Below, piece by piece: positions 13,766-25,435 of a stretch of 64,000 nucleotides of DNA; the first letter of the stretch is position 1; every line of letters begins with the position of its first letter. A program made the position numbers and the translations under genes. Origin of the DNA: the human T2T-CHM13v2.0 reference genome, Homo sapiens. Location of the stretch: the NCBI RefSeq assembly GCF_009914755.1, contig NC_060931.1, one strand, 5' to 3'. The notes under the pieces are model-generated. The model was not told where the DNA came from. It searched no databases and saw nothing but the letters and a program-made list of their open reading frames with translations.

Positions 13766-15516
13766 GAACAGAGAGCAGAGCCGTTTCAGGCCCTGGTCTC
13801 TGGCAGACCCCTACTCACCTTCCTGGGCATGTATCCAAGGTCCTTCTCCCATGTCACCTGCTTCCTCTGCCATCGTGGACTTAATGGCCAAGTCCAACTC
13901 CTCCTTTCATTCTGCACACAGCCACAAGAGCCATCCAACCAGAACACACATCTGATCACACCCCCTCTGGCTGCGTGGCTCCCATGGTCCTTAGGTTCGG
14001 GAACAAATGCAGCCTTAAGATGGCCAGCCTTCCAGCCCGGCATAGACCCCAGGAAATCTGTGTGCTCTCCAACAGGAGTCTCCTCCTCTCCCTGAGGGTC
14101 ACTCATCTTCCAGGACTCCCCACCCCTCCCTGTGTCCCAGCAGGTGCCGTGTGGCCCTAGCTCAGAGCAGCCTTCTTCATGCCCTGCAGAGCCAGCCTGT
14201 TTACGCAGCGTCTGCTTGTGCTCACGGCATGTAACATGCATAGTGCAGCCTGCGGGAGAACAGTTCCCTTCTCTTTCTGTCTCAAGAGCTGCCGGCTCAG
14301 ACCTTCCCTACTCGGCCTGTGTCTCCCCAAAAGAGCGCAGTGAGCTGCACGGAGCCGGTTGAGCCTGGAGCCACCAGATAGATGTCTGCCCCGCCCTGCC
14401 CAGCCACAGGGGTTGGTGGGTCATGGAACCACACATGACCCTCCGAGGGCAGGTGAGGAGAAAGGAGGGCTGATGGGGGCTGATAGAAGGGGTTTGGGGG
14501 ATGGGGAGCACCAGAGAAGGAAGGCTGGCAGGCCGAGGGCTGGGGAGCAGGGGATAGGCCTTCACATTTGCATTTGCACCGTTCACTGCGGGCTAGGCCA
14601 CACTCACACACACACTTACACCTGCACCCACACCCTCTCAACCACACGCGCAGCTCCCACTCTGGCTCCTGAGCCATCTGCAGGCCAGGAGACTCCAGGG
14701 CCGGGCTTCCCCAGCAGGTCTGCCCACCAAGCCCAACTCTCTGGGAAGTGCCACTCACTCTGACCCTGTGGCCCGGCTCCGGCTCAGGGGAGCTCCCACT
14801 GCAAACACAAGCTCTGGGAAGGTGAGTGGAGGCTTTGTCTCAGGTTCTGAGGCGTCAGGAGGAACAAATCCATGAAGTGGAATGCTGGAGGCATAGAGGT
14901 CCAGCCCATGGGCCACCTGCACCCCAGGGGGCCAGTCCCGCATTTACACAAGTGACTTGTACACTCTCCTCCTGCACATCTCTGGAGGCTTATCCCATCT
15001 GGCCCTCCATGGCCTCAGCAGGATCACTGGATGTCCGTGGTGATGCACGGCGTGCCCTCCCTGCCCTCATCCTCCCAGCCAGCAGCCCAGGAAGGAACCA
15101 CTCTTAGTGACCTGTGGAAGGTTAGGAGACCCTCCCTCGGGGCCCTAGAGCCCACCCTGAACAGGGCCTTTCAGGGGAGAGGGTGAGAAGGTTCACCACC
15201 CAGAGGAGCCAGGCCAAAGCCCTGAAACCAAACATCCCCCAGTTCCCTCACTCCTCGATTCAGACTCCAGGGCCACAGCCTGGAGCAGAGCTGGACCCCA
15301 GCTCCTCTTGGCAGCACCCCTGAGGGCCAGAGAACGGCTTCCCAGCTGACTTGAGGACCTGTGACCTCAGGGGGATGCAGGGAAACACAGAGTGTCACTT
15401 CCAGCTGCACCTGCCCTCTGCCACTACCCAGCAGTCCGGGACCTGAGTCCCCTCCTTCCTCGCGGAGAACAGCAGGTCCAGCATGGCCGGCCCTTCCCTC
15501 GCTGGCTGTGCACAGG

Positions 15517-15626
15517 GTGCTGGCTGAGTCCTCGCCCCATAGTTGGCAAGTCTAGAACCACCGGATCCTGTTACCTCACCAGTGTGAGTTCTACCATTGC
15601 CAAAAACGGGGGGAGGCAAGCAGCTC
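15517..15626 (-). ncRNA. MIR182: pre-miR-182 (5p 15581-15604; 3p 15540-15560)
   Basis: Minus strand gives UUUGGCAAUGGUAGAACUCACACU and UGGUUCUAGACUUGCCAACUA in one hairpin. One difference from the recalled reference at 15521. Confidence 0.99.
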
Positions 15627-18600
15627 CCCCCAGGAGCTGGGGAGGCCTCGGTCTGTGCTGAGGAAGAGACAGAGACAGTTAGGATGGTCCAGGCAGGGCC
15701 AGGACAGAGGCGCCCATCCCCGCAACTGCGACAAGGTCCTTCCTGCAGGGTCGCCCTGGTGTGGAGGCCCAACCCCACAGTCCCCCTTCCTGCTGGTCCC
15801 GGTCCCTCCTCAGCCCCCTCCTCTCCTCCCTTCCCCTCATATCTGTAACCTGCAGTTCCTGTGGGCAGGCATGGAGCAGACACCATCCCTAGGGCAGCCA
15901 CCAGGATCCAACCCAGGCCCTGAGCTGTGGTCACCACTCCCAAGGGAACCCGAGGGCACCTCCACTCCCAGCACCTGACAGCAGGGACTCTGGGAACCAG
16001 CACAAGCCAGGCCAGAGAGCCCTGCCCCTGGGCGCTGGGGAAGAGATGGCTAATGTGGGCTGGGTTTTGCTATTTACTAAGCCCACGTCACTGCTCCATT
16101 TAATCCAGAGAGATGCTCCCAAGCCATTCCCTAGAGCCTAAAGCTCACAGGCTGCCCACCCCAAAGGGAGAGAGGGAAGTTGCTACACAAAACATTCCTC
16201 CTCCCTATCAAGTCCAAGGGAGGAAGAGCATTCCACTTGCCAAGGCCTCTTCCCTAAAAGCAGTGGACAAACAATGGCGCTGGGACCTTCTACCCAGGAA
16301 CGGGAACAGGCAGCCTCTGGGGCCATCAGTCAGTGGCAGGAATGGGCCAAGCTAAAACCAACCAAATATCTCCCATCCAGACGGCACTCTCCTGACCACA
16401 GAACCCACTGCACACACCCAGCAGCCCTGCACACACCCAGACCCTTTGAGGGCTGGCTGCGATCTGATTCTCGGAGTGGCATTTCCCCAGACCGCCAGTC
16501 ACTTACCCAAGGGCAGCACACTTCCGTGTTCCCACTTCCCCTGATGAGGCCAGGTCCTTTCCCAAGGGGTGTTGAAGTGTCCTGAAGGCATCTCAAGCCT
16601 TTAGCAAGGGTGCAGGCTGCCTGCCCCCAACCCTGCATCCCCATGCCTCCCCTGCAGCCTGGAAGGGACTCTTTGCCCTCAAGCCTCCTGGGCAGTATGG
16701 GCCCACCATGAGCAGGCTCATTTTCCGAACATGCCCCGGCTGGGGGAGCAGCTGACTTGGCAGGGCCCCCGAAATGACACCGCTGCCGCCGCCACCCCCA
16801 CCACCCCTCCCATCCTGCCTGCCCTTTAGGGTGGAGTGAGATGGGATGATGGCTTAAGATGCAAACAGATCCAGGCCATCCCCAGGGCCAAGTCCAGGAC
16901 CTCGGTGGCACCCAGACCGGACCGGCAGCCTGGGCTTGGGCGCTGGGGAGGACACCTCTGCCCGAAAGGAGAGGCTTGGTGGGGAAGGTTTGGCCTCTGA
17001 GCAGAGGCACGACTCTGGAAGCCTCTCCGAGGGTGGGCGGGCCTGCTTTGGGACATCAGCAGCACTGGGCTCTCTTGGTCCCATGGAGCCCCCAAGCCTG
17101 GGACTTGCTGAGGAGGCCACTCCCACCCTCCTCCAGTGTGTATGTGGGGGGTCCTGTCCTCCTCCCCACCCAGCTGTGGCCGCACCAGCCGGGCTCCATC
17201 GGCAGCCTGGGGCTGCAGGCGATCAATGGTGCCGGATCGCATTTCGACCCGCCTGAGGCTGGGCAGAGGCTGGGATAATGGCCTGGAATGAATAAGCAAA
17301 TGGAGTGGTGGGGGAGGCGGGGAGTCTGGAAAACCCACTCATACAGCCCTCCAGGGAGCTGCCCCTCCTGCCGCTCCACGCACCCAGACAGGCCAAGCAA
17401 GGTGCCCGACATGGGGGACGCCCTAAACCCGGGCATCTGGGAGCCGCTGCTTTTGACAAACAGAAAAACAAAGCAAAAAGTGCTTCTCAGTGACCCTCCC
17501 GCTCCAGCAAGAAAGGCCTTCGCTGCAGTGGGACAGCGTTCCTGCCTGACACTGGACACCATTGGACAGATCATGGGCAGAACCTTTTGCCCATCTCACA
17601 GACCTTCTGGAAGCCACACAAGGGAGGATCCAGGACCTGTTCTGCAGGGTGGGGAGGTGAAGAGGGGCCCTCTCCTATCCTAAGTGCCCCCAGCCTGGGT
17701 GGTAGGAAATTGTGTCTTTAGGGAGGAGGGCCAGCTGTGGTGGCCCCCACTCTCTGGGACAGTCACTGTTGTGGGTGAACTCACCACCCAGGTCTGGCCC
17801 GGAACTAGGTAAATTAGGAGATCTAGAAACTAGCTTTGGCCTGAGGTCCTCCCCTGGAGCGCTGGAGCAGGGCCCCAGAGCAGCCGGGCCTGAAGCCTGG
17901 TGGAGGCACGCCCCCACACCAGTGCCTGCACTCGGGGCTCAGCAAAGGCGCCCACCTGGGCAGGTGTGAGGAGGTGGAGCCCAGCTGCAGACCACCCAGG
18001 GGCTGAGGGCAGCTTCTGTCATCCGGCCTTCCCCGCTAGGCAGGAAGGAGCAGAACCCTGGCCAGACACTCCAGAGGCTCCAGGGAAAAGCTCTAGAACC
18101 GGTCACTGCCAGGGGCCTTCCACCCCCCCTTGCTGGGTCTCTGTGCCCACCCCACCTCCAGGGATCATTCTCACTCAGGCCGGGAAATCCCTTCTTTCCT
18201 ATCCCATGGGACCTGCAGCAGGACGCCCTAAGGAAGCACCCGGGGCGGAGGACTGGAGCACAGAGACAGGGTGCGGCACAGGCCAGCCAGGTTCCGAGGG
18301 GCAGAGGGAGAGCTGGGGCCATCAGAAGAGAGACCTAGCTACAGGGACACCTCACCAGGGCAGAAGTCCCCTTCTATCCTGAAATAAACAAGCCCCTCCT
18401 TTTTTCTGCAGGGGCTTGGAGAGCTTCTGTAGAGAAACACGGGCACCACACCCCAGAGGGAATTTATTGGGGGCTCCTCGCGGTTTGGTGATAGCTAACT
18501 GACAAGAAAAAAAAGGCCCAACCCACCCAAGGCAGTCCCCAGGGCACCCAGGCAGGCAGCACTGGTCACCATGTTCCTGCTGTGCAGTCAACTGGACCCG

Positions 18601-19825
18601 TCATCCTCCAGCTGCCAGCTTCAACCACACACATCCCCCACCCGGGCACTCCCTGGCTCAGACACCTAAAATGACTCCCACTGATCTGGGCTAAGTCCAC
18701 CAACCCTTGCCTGAGGCTCCCTGGGGAGAAGCAGCCCCATCAGGGGCTGGCCCAGTGACCTGGGGCATGATAGCTCCCAGCTGGTCCCAAGTCGGCCACT
18801 GGTCTCCTGCTTGATTGCTGACCACCAGATTTCACATGGGTCCAGCCTGGCTGGCCAGGCTCTCCCCAGCTTTGACAGACTAGGTCCAGGCCTCCCAGCC
18901 TCAGTCTCTGCCATCTGGGGCATCCTTGGGAGCCCAGGCCTGTAGATTCAGAGCTGAGACACCTCCAGGCCCTGGGTGCCTCCATGGAAGGTGTGGCTGG
19001 TGGCGGAAGAGCCACAGTGACCCAGCTCTACCACTCACCAACCTCTTCAGCCAAGCCTTTCCTCTCAAAGCCTCAGGTTCCCCATCTATGAGATAACTAT
19101 TTTAAAAAATTACAAGCCCCACAGGGCTGAGGTGGGAACTGTTGGGATTATATATGTAATGTCACCTGACACCCAGATGGAGAGCATAGGCCAGTTAGTC
19201 ATAGCCCAGATCCAGGGACCCAGGAAGCTACATTACCAGTGTGTGGTGTGTGAAGGGGAACATTGGCCTCTGCTCCAGAACCTTCTAGGGGCAGGCCTGA
19301 AAATGCCCTCCAACTCCGAGCCCCACTAAGTATCCTCCTCTTGGAGCTGTTCGGAGATGACCCACTCCACAGCAGGCTACAGCTCCAGAGACGGTAGCCC
19401 CCCTGGAAACACCCAGGCTGACCTCAAGGGCAGCCCACCTGCCTGGAGCTGCCCCCTTCACAACCTGCAGCAGAAAAGACCAGGCCCTGTGCTGCCAGCC
19501 AAGGTCTCACCCCAAGCGTGTGCTGGGAGCCTGGCTGGGCCTTTCCAACCCACGGCACCATTCAGGATGGCCCTACAGATGGTTTCAGACTCCCCCACCT
19601 CTGCCCTGGGCGGCCCCATCTGCTGGCCCAGCTCAGATTGCTGGGCTCCCAGCTCTACCGTGGCCCCAGGCAGTGTAAGGCGATCTGGCTGCCCACCAGC
19701 GCTGGGCCCTCACACAGCAGCTGAGCCAGATGGGCTGGGGAGGCGGTGAGGAGGCCTTGAGGAGGAGCAGGCTGGGGCCCTGACACAAGGATGCAGGGGA
19801 GGCGGACGCAGCTGCGGGTCCTGCT

Positions 19826-19903
19826 TTTCCCATATTGGCACTGCACATGATTGCTCAGAGCGGAGAGACACAAGCAAAAATGTGCTAGTGCCAAAATCGG
19901 CCA
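19826..19903 (-). ncRNA. MIR96: pre-miR-96 (5p 19873-19895; 3p 19831-19852)
   Basis: Minus strand gives UUUGGCACUAGCACAUUUUUGCU and AAUCAUGUGCAGUGCCAAUAUG; matches the recalled reference hairpin. Confidence 0.99.
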
Positions 19904-20038
19904 AGCAGATGGCACTGGTGCGGGCTCTCTGGGGACACACTGGACGAGGGGCCTTGCATCCCTGCACCCTTGGAAGCAGCCTGTTTCCGACGTCTAGGAG
20001 CACTCAAGGCAGAAGTGGGTAAGGTGCTCCGGAGGCCC

Positions 20039-20148
20039 TCGTGGATCTGTCTCTGCTCTGTTTATGGCCCTTCGGTAATTCACTGACTGAGACTGTTCAC
20101 AGTGAATTCTACCAGTGCCATACACAGAACAGGAGTCACACTCTGCGG
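20039..20148 (-). ncRNA. MIR183: pre-miR-183 (5p 20101-20122)
   Basis: Minus strand gives UAUGGCACUGGUAGAAUUCACU and 3p GUGAAUUACCGAAGGGCCAUAA. Confidence 0.99.
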
Positions 20149-21654
20149 CCTGCCGACCCTGCGGAGAGACCAGCGGCCCACGATGCCCGTTCCCTGCTCC
20201 TAGCCTGCCCACTCCCTTGGGGGCCCCCCAGCAGGCCCTCAGCAGCGGCTGCTACGGTCTCTACCCCCCACCCCATCCCACCTCTTCACAAGATCCACAT
20301 GCCCCATCAGCCCAAGATGACCTTCAAGGAGACAGGGACAGTGCGGGAGAGGGGCTGACCTTCTGGCCTTGCAGAGGAGAAGACCACACCAAGGTGTCTC
20401 CTATCTCCACCTGAAGGCCCACATCCCTCCACATCACCCAGACTGCGCCTCCAGGCTGGGGAGGGAGTGGGTCAGGACCATCCATCTCCTTGCCAGAGTA
20501 ACTCTGGCTCGGAGAGGCAAGCAGCTGGCCAGAGCCTCCTCTCTACCCAACCTGCCACAGGGGCAGTGACCAGTGGGACATCCAAGATGCCTCTCGTAGC
20601 CTCTGAGCCCAGACACCAGCAGCCCAGGCTCCTAGGCACTTTGGTCTCCATTATCCTCCACCCCCCAGCCTGCCCTGTGGCAGAAACAGAGCCCCAGGAA
20701 CAAACCGAATCTGCTGCTCACCCCCACTCCCATCCCAAACCAGACCAGATTGGGCCAGACTGTGAACCGCCCAGGCTGGGCATCTCTGCTGCCGGCCTAG
20801 GATCAAGGCAGGAAAAGGCCAGGAAAGGAGGGCAGAAGAGAAGTCCTGCAGCCACCCAGGTGGCTTGGAGGGAGCCGGAGGCACGGATGCACTCTAGCAA
20901 GGGAGTGGCTCCTGGCTGGCTCTGGAGTGACTGCGGAGGAAAGCGGAGGCTCAGGAGCGAGGGAGGGGCTGGGAAGGTTGCATCAGTGGTTGCCAGAGCA
21001 GCTGCCTAGAGAGAAGTTGCTGTGGAGGCCCTGCCTCTGGTGTCACAGGCCCTGGGGAAGGACGGGAAGAAGGGAGAGGGTGGGAGGGAGGGTCTCTGGG
21101 GAGCTGGCACCCAGGGCAGGCAAGCTGGGGCCTCCGCAGAGTGGCCACTAGAGTCTCAGCCTACTCCAGGTCAGCGGTGGCCCAGAAGGCAGGGTGGCTA
21201 GAAAATATCCTGGAAGGGTCAGAGCAGGTGCCCTGGCCCAGAAACTATGCAGACCTCTTGGCGATGTTACCCCCAGGAACTACCTCCCGTGGACCTCAGA
21301 GCTCCATCTGGGTACCTTGGCCAAAGCCATCCGCTCTCCCCTAGACACTGCTTAATGCTCCACCCTTCCTGCTCCCGAGGACTCTTTGTCCTGCTCCCAC
21401 ACACCCCCACTACAGGGCTCTGCCCTTCTAGCTGGTCTATCTCCCCAGAGGACAATCCAGCTTGATGAGGTGGTGATCTCAGGAAGTCACTCCTCAGCCT
21501 TCTGCCTCAGTTTCCCTTACTACAATTTTCTGAACTCTACTAAGGAAGAGAGACCAGACTTCCCAGCCTTGGGTGGGGAGGGGAAGGGGTGATGGCAGGG
21601 TGTTAGCAAAGAGTATGGGGTGGGTAGTTATGAACATTGCTTAGGGTGTAGCCA

Positions 21655-21745
21655 TAAGCATCACCCAAGGAGCCTGTTGAAATGTAGATTCTTGAGCCTG
21701 CCTGGAAATCTGCATTTTAATAGCACCCTGACAGCTCAGCATGGG
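21655..21745. mobile_element. MER5-like hAT fragment
   Basis: gcatcacccaaggagcctgttgaaatgtagattcttgagcc...ggaaatctgcattttaa. Confidence 0.55.
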
Positions 21746-21841
21746 GTGGGGGTGGGGGTGGGAAGATCTATTTTGAGAAATCTTTCCCAAGAAGCCTCAC
21801 CCTGGGATAATTAAACAGAATGCAGAATTCTTCTTTCTTCT

Positions 21842-22143
<302 letters not shown>

Positions 22144-24916
22144 TCATTCTTCTTTTGGGGACAGCCAAGGATGGGGAGAGGCAGGTGTTAGGGAAGGGGA
22201 ACACGCAGCACCTTGCAACCAAGGAGCCACAGAGGCCTTAGAGCTGGAGAACAGATGGAGCCAGGGATTCTGCTCTCCCCAGCCCAGGAAGGAATAAAAG
22301 GGACCCCAGGTAGAGGAGAGAGCCCTGTAACAAAGCAGCCAAACACGTACGCTCCTTCAAATTGTGGCATCTCTGTCGAGCTCCTTGGTCTGTTTTCCTC
22401 ATCTTTGTAACTGACATAGGATGGAATACAGGGAGCAGCTCGCAAAGCCAAATCCCTCTCCACTTCCAGTTCTAGTCGGCTGGGCCAGGTTCCTCCCCTG
22501 CGCCTGCCTCACCCCTCCTAACCCAAATGCGACAGGAAGCCCAAGTGCCGCAGTGCCTGGGGGGTGCCACGCCCGCTGGGGCCTCTCCATCCTGGTGGAG
22601 GGAGGCTGGGGCCTGGGCCCTAGGGAAGCAAGGTCTCCCAGCTCTCTCGAAAAGCGGGTAAGAGGAGCTCTCCGACATCAGCAGCAGAATCCCCACTCGG
22701 AATCTCAAAAGGGAAAACAGAGGCCTATGGCTTGGCGCAGGTCAGGATAGCAGCCTCTTCTGCCCTCCCTGCAGGACACAGCCCTGACCTTGAGATCAAA
22801 GGCACAGAAATCCGCTTCTGGAGTGGGAAGATGAAGACAAGGTCTCCCACACCCGCTGGGCGTCAGCGCCTGGCAATGGAAGAGGACCAAAAGAGATGCA
22901 ACTTGCAGGCCAGGCTGGGCAGCCAGGGACTCACAGGGTGTGTGGGGGTCCTACACATCCTAGGAGGTCTCTACAAAGCGCCCCCTCCCACCTTCGGTCG
23001 CTCTCAGCCCCACCCTCCTGAACTCTACTTGGGCCTTCTTAAAACTCGAGTCCCCTTTCCCCTAGGGGTGTCCCTTCCTGGGCACTGGTGCCCAATGCAA
23101 AGGGCAGGCCCCCAACCCCTTCCAGTGTTAGAGGTGAGTGTTGCAGGACTCTGGGCTATGGGTACTCCGGGGTCCTTAGACAGCACATAGCCTACCCCTC
23201 GACTCCCGGCTCTCCTCTCCACCTCTACACAACGAATCTGGAGTCCAGGGTCCCAGCCGCGCCACCCACAACCGGTCTGGTCCTGATCCCTCCAGTCTCT
23301 ATCAAATGCCCCTGAGGTCCCAGGGGCTAGAGGCTGCTGGGGCCCTTGAACGGGCATGCCCTGGACGCTGCGCCTGTCATCCTGTGTCCCCATGAGGTGC
23401 TGGGAGAGGGGCCCAGAGCTCCTTTCCCCGAAGCCCAGGCCGCCACCGACCCATTAAATAAATACTCAGGTGTCTGGGGTGCGGAGCTCACTCCAAGAGC
23501 CACTGGGCCCCGGTAGGAGAAAAAGAATAAACGAAATCCTCACAAGTGAGGCCGGCATCCTAGAATTTTCTCTTCTTTGCGTAAGGCCGACTCCAGAGGT
23601 CCCGCTAACTCCCCCGCAGGAGCATGAAGGGGCGGCCTTGAGCGGTAAAGAAACGAGCAGTGGTGGAGGCTGCCGCTCCGAGCCCAGGTCCGAACCGAGA
23701 GCCGCGCGGGGAATGTGGGGGTCGAGGCTGAGAGCTGGGCTTGGGGCAGGTTCCTTTGCGTTCGCTCAGGCCACGATGAGGCCACTAGGACAGATTTCTC
23801 CGAAGGCTCGGCCTCGGATCAGAGATCCGCCGACTCGGTGCCCATCGGTCGGGCTCACTGGGTGACAGGTAGAGGGTGATGCGCACCCGTAGAGCTGAGT
23901 GACCCGGCCCGAGAATCCGCCACCTGGCTCGCAGGATTTTCGCCCTCAGGAGCTTTGCGAAGACGGGCGCAAACCTGGGAGGCGCCGCCGCACCTTGCCT
24001 GTGGGGGTGGGGAGGTCGATTACGGCACCGCCCGCCCTCGGCCCTAATCGCTCAGAGCCGGCCTCAGTGCCCCTGCCCCCGGCGGGTATTACTGTACACG
24101 GTGTCCGGGAGCCCGGGTTGGAAGAGCAAACGAATGGCTCAGCCTGGAGGACACCGTGGAATCGGGCGACCCCTGACCCCGGGTGACACCCTCACTGCCC
24201 ATAGTCCTGGGATGCGCTGACCGGTGTGGCGCCAGAGGCAAGCCGTCCAGCCGCCGATCTTGGGGAAGGGCTGGGAACCTGGGTGCCACTAGCGCTATTA
24301 ACAGGAATGGGGCAGTTGAGGGCGGGGAACGGTGTCTCATTCGCGTGCGCCGGGGTTCCCGGGATGAGTGGCCGCGAAGTGGAGGCACACGGGAGGTCTG
24401 AGAGCCGCTTTCCCCCAGAGACTGGGCGGGGCGGCTCCGGGCCACGGAAGCAGCCTCGAACCAGCCGCGCAGCCCTGACAAGACGCTGGAGGGGCCAGCT
24501 CCGGGGCCCCGGCGCTCTCCGCAGCCCCCTCCCAGCCTGGCGCTTCCGCCTGAGCCCACCAGGGCGGCGAAACGCAGCCCGACCCCAGCCAAACTCCTCG
24601 CGGGTAGGCACCTCGCAAGCACCGGCCGCACTCGGACCGCAGCCGCTCCCGCCCCCGCCCCCGCCCGGGAACAGCGCTGGGCGCTGGGCAGACGCCACTG
24701 GCGGACCCGGGACCCAGGCGCCCCGTGGGCGCCTCCGCCTGAAGGCGCGGAAGAGCGAGTAGGCACTGCCGCGTCATCCCCGAAAGCCAGCTGCGCCGGG
24801 ACTTCTGCCCTGCACCCGGGTTCTAGTGCGGCCGGTCCCGGGCGCCCGCCTCCGCCTCCTCTACTGAGCCCCGCTCTGGCTCCGCCCGGCCCGCCCCCCC
24901 GCTCCCGGCCCCAGAC

Positions 24917-24925
24917 ACTCACCTG
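24917..24925 (-). other. 5' splice donor of putative pri-miRNA exon 1
   Basis: Reverse complement of actcacctg = CAG|GTGAGT, near-consensus. Confidence 0.6.
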
Positions 24926-25349
24926 CGCCGGCTCCAGGCTGGGCGCACAGCCGCCTCTCAGCTCCGCGCGGAGTCCACACCAGAGAAGCCAGGCAAAAAC
25001 GGCCCCGGTTTGGAAAGAGCCGCATGGACGGAGCTTGAAGCGCGCCCGGCCCGGGCCCAAACCTCCGCTGCCCCGCGAGAGGGGGCGGCGCCGGAGCGCC
25101 GAGCCCAGCGGGGGAACAAAGGGGAGCCGGGACCCGGCCGCGCGCTTCCTGGGTGTCGGGTGACAGGTCTGCCGGGGAAGGCCCCGGCCCGGCCACCTGA
25201 AGAGGAGCCGCCTCCGCGCTGCAGGCGGGGGAGGTCCAGAGGGGTACCTGGGCCCGAGGACCGGAAGAACAGGGGGCGCGGGCTGCCCGGACCGCGCGGC
25301 TGGACGGAGGCCCTGCGGCTCCGGCACGGCTGCGCGGGGGCTCGACGGA

Positions 25350-25435
25350 GTGCACAGAGAATGACTCCAGGAGGGTTTTACCGCCCCCCGCCCCGGGCCC
25401 CGCCCGCCCCTCGCGCAGCGCCATTGGCTCAGGTG
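25350..25435 (-). promoter_or_regulatory. Candidate proximal core promoter of the pri-miRNA
   Basis: Minus-strand order: CCAAT (ATTGG 25423-25427), GC boxes 25381-25410, TAAAA 25376-25380, Inr-like TCATTCT 25358-25364; ~5.2 kb upstream of pre-miR-183. Confidence 0.65.

Noticed and set aside
14297-18400. 150-226-aa ORFs around MIR182
   Set aside because: No homology or coherent exon structure; expected in GC-rich sequence.
19873-19895. DFNA50 deafness mutations in miR-96
   Set aside because: Seed and hairpin match the recalled wild-type sequence.
24089-25327. 412-aa ORF and other long ORFs in the CpG island
   Set aside because: Stop-poor GC-rich DNA; Arg/Gly/Pro/Ala-biased with no recognisable domain; non-ATG start; long ORFs overlap in several frames.
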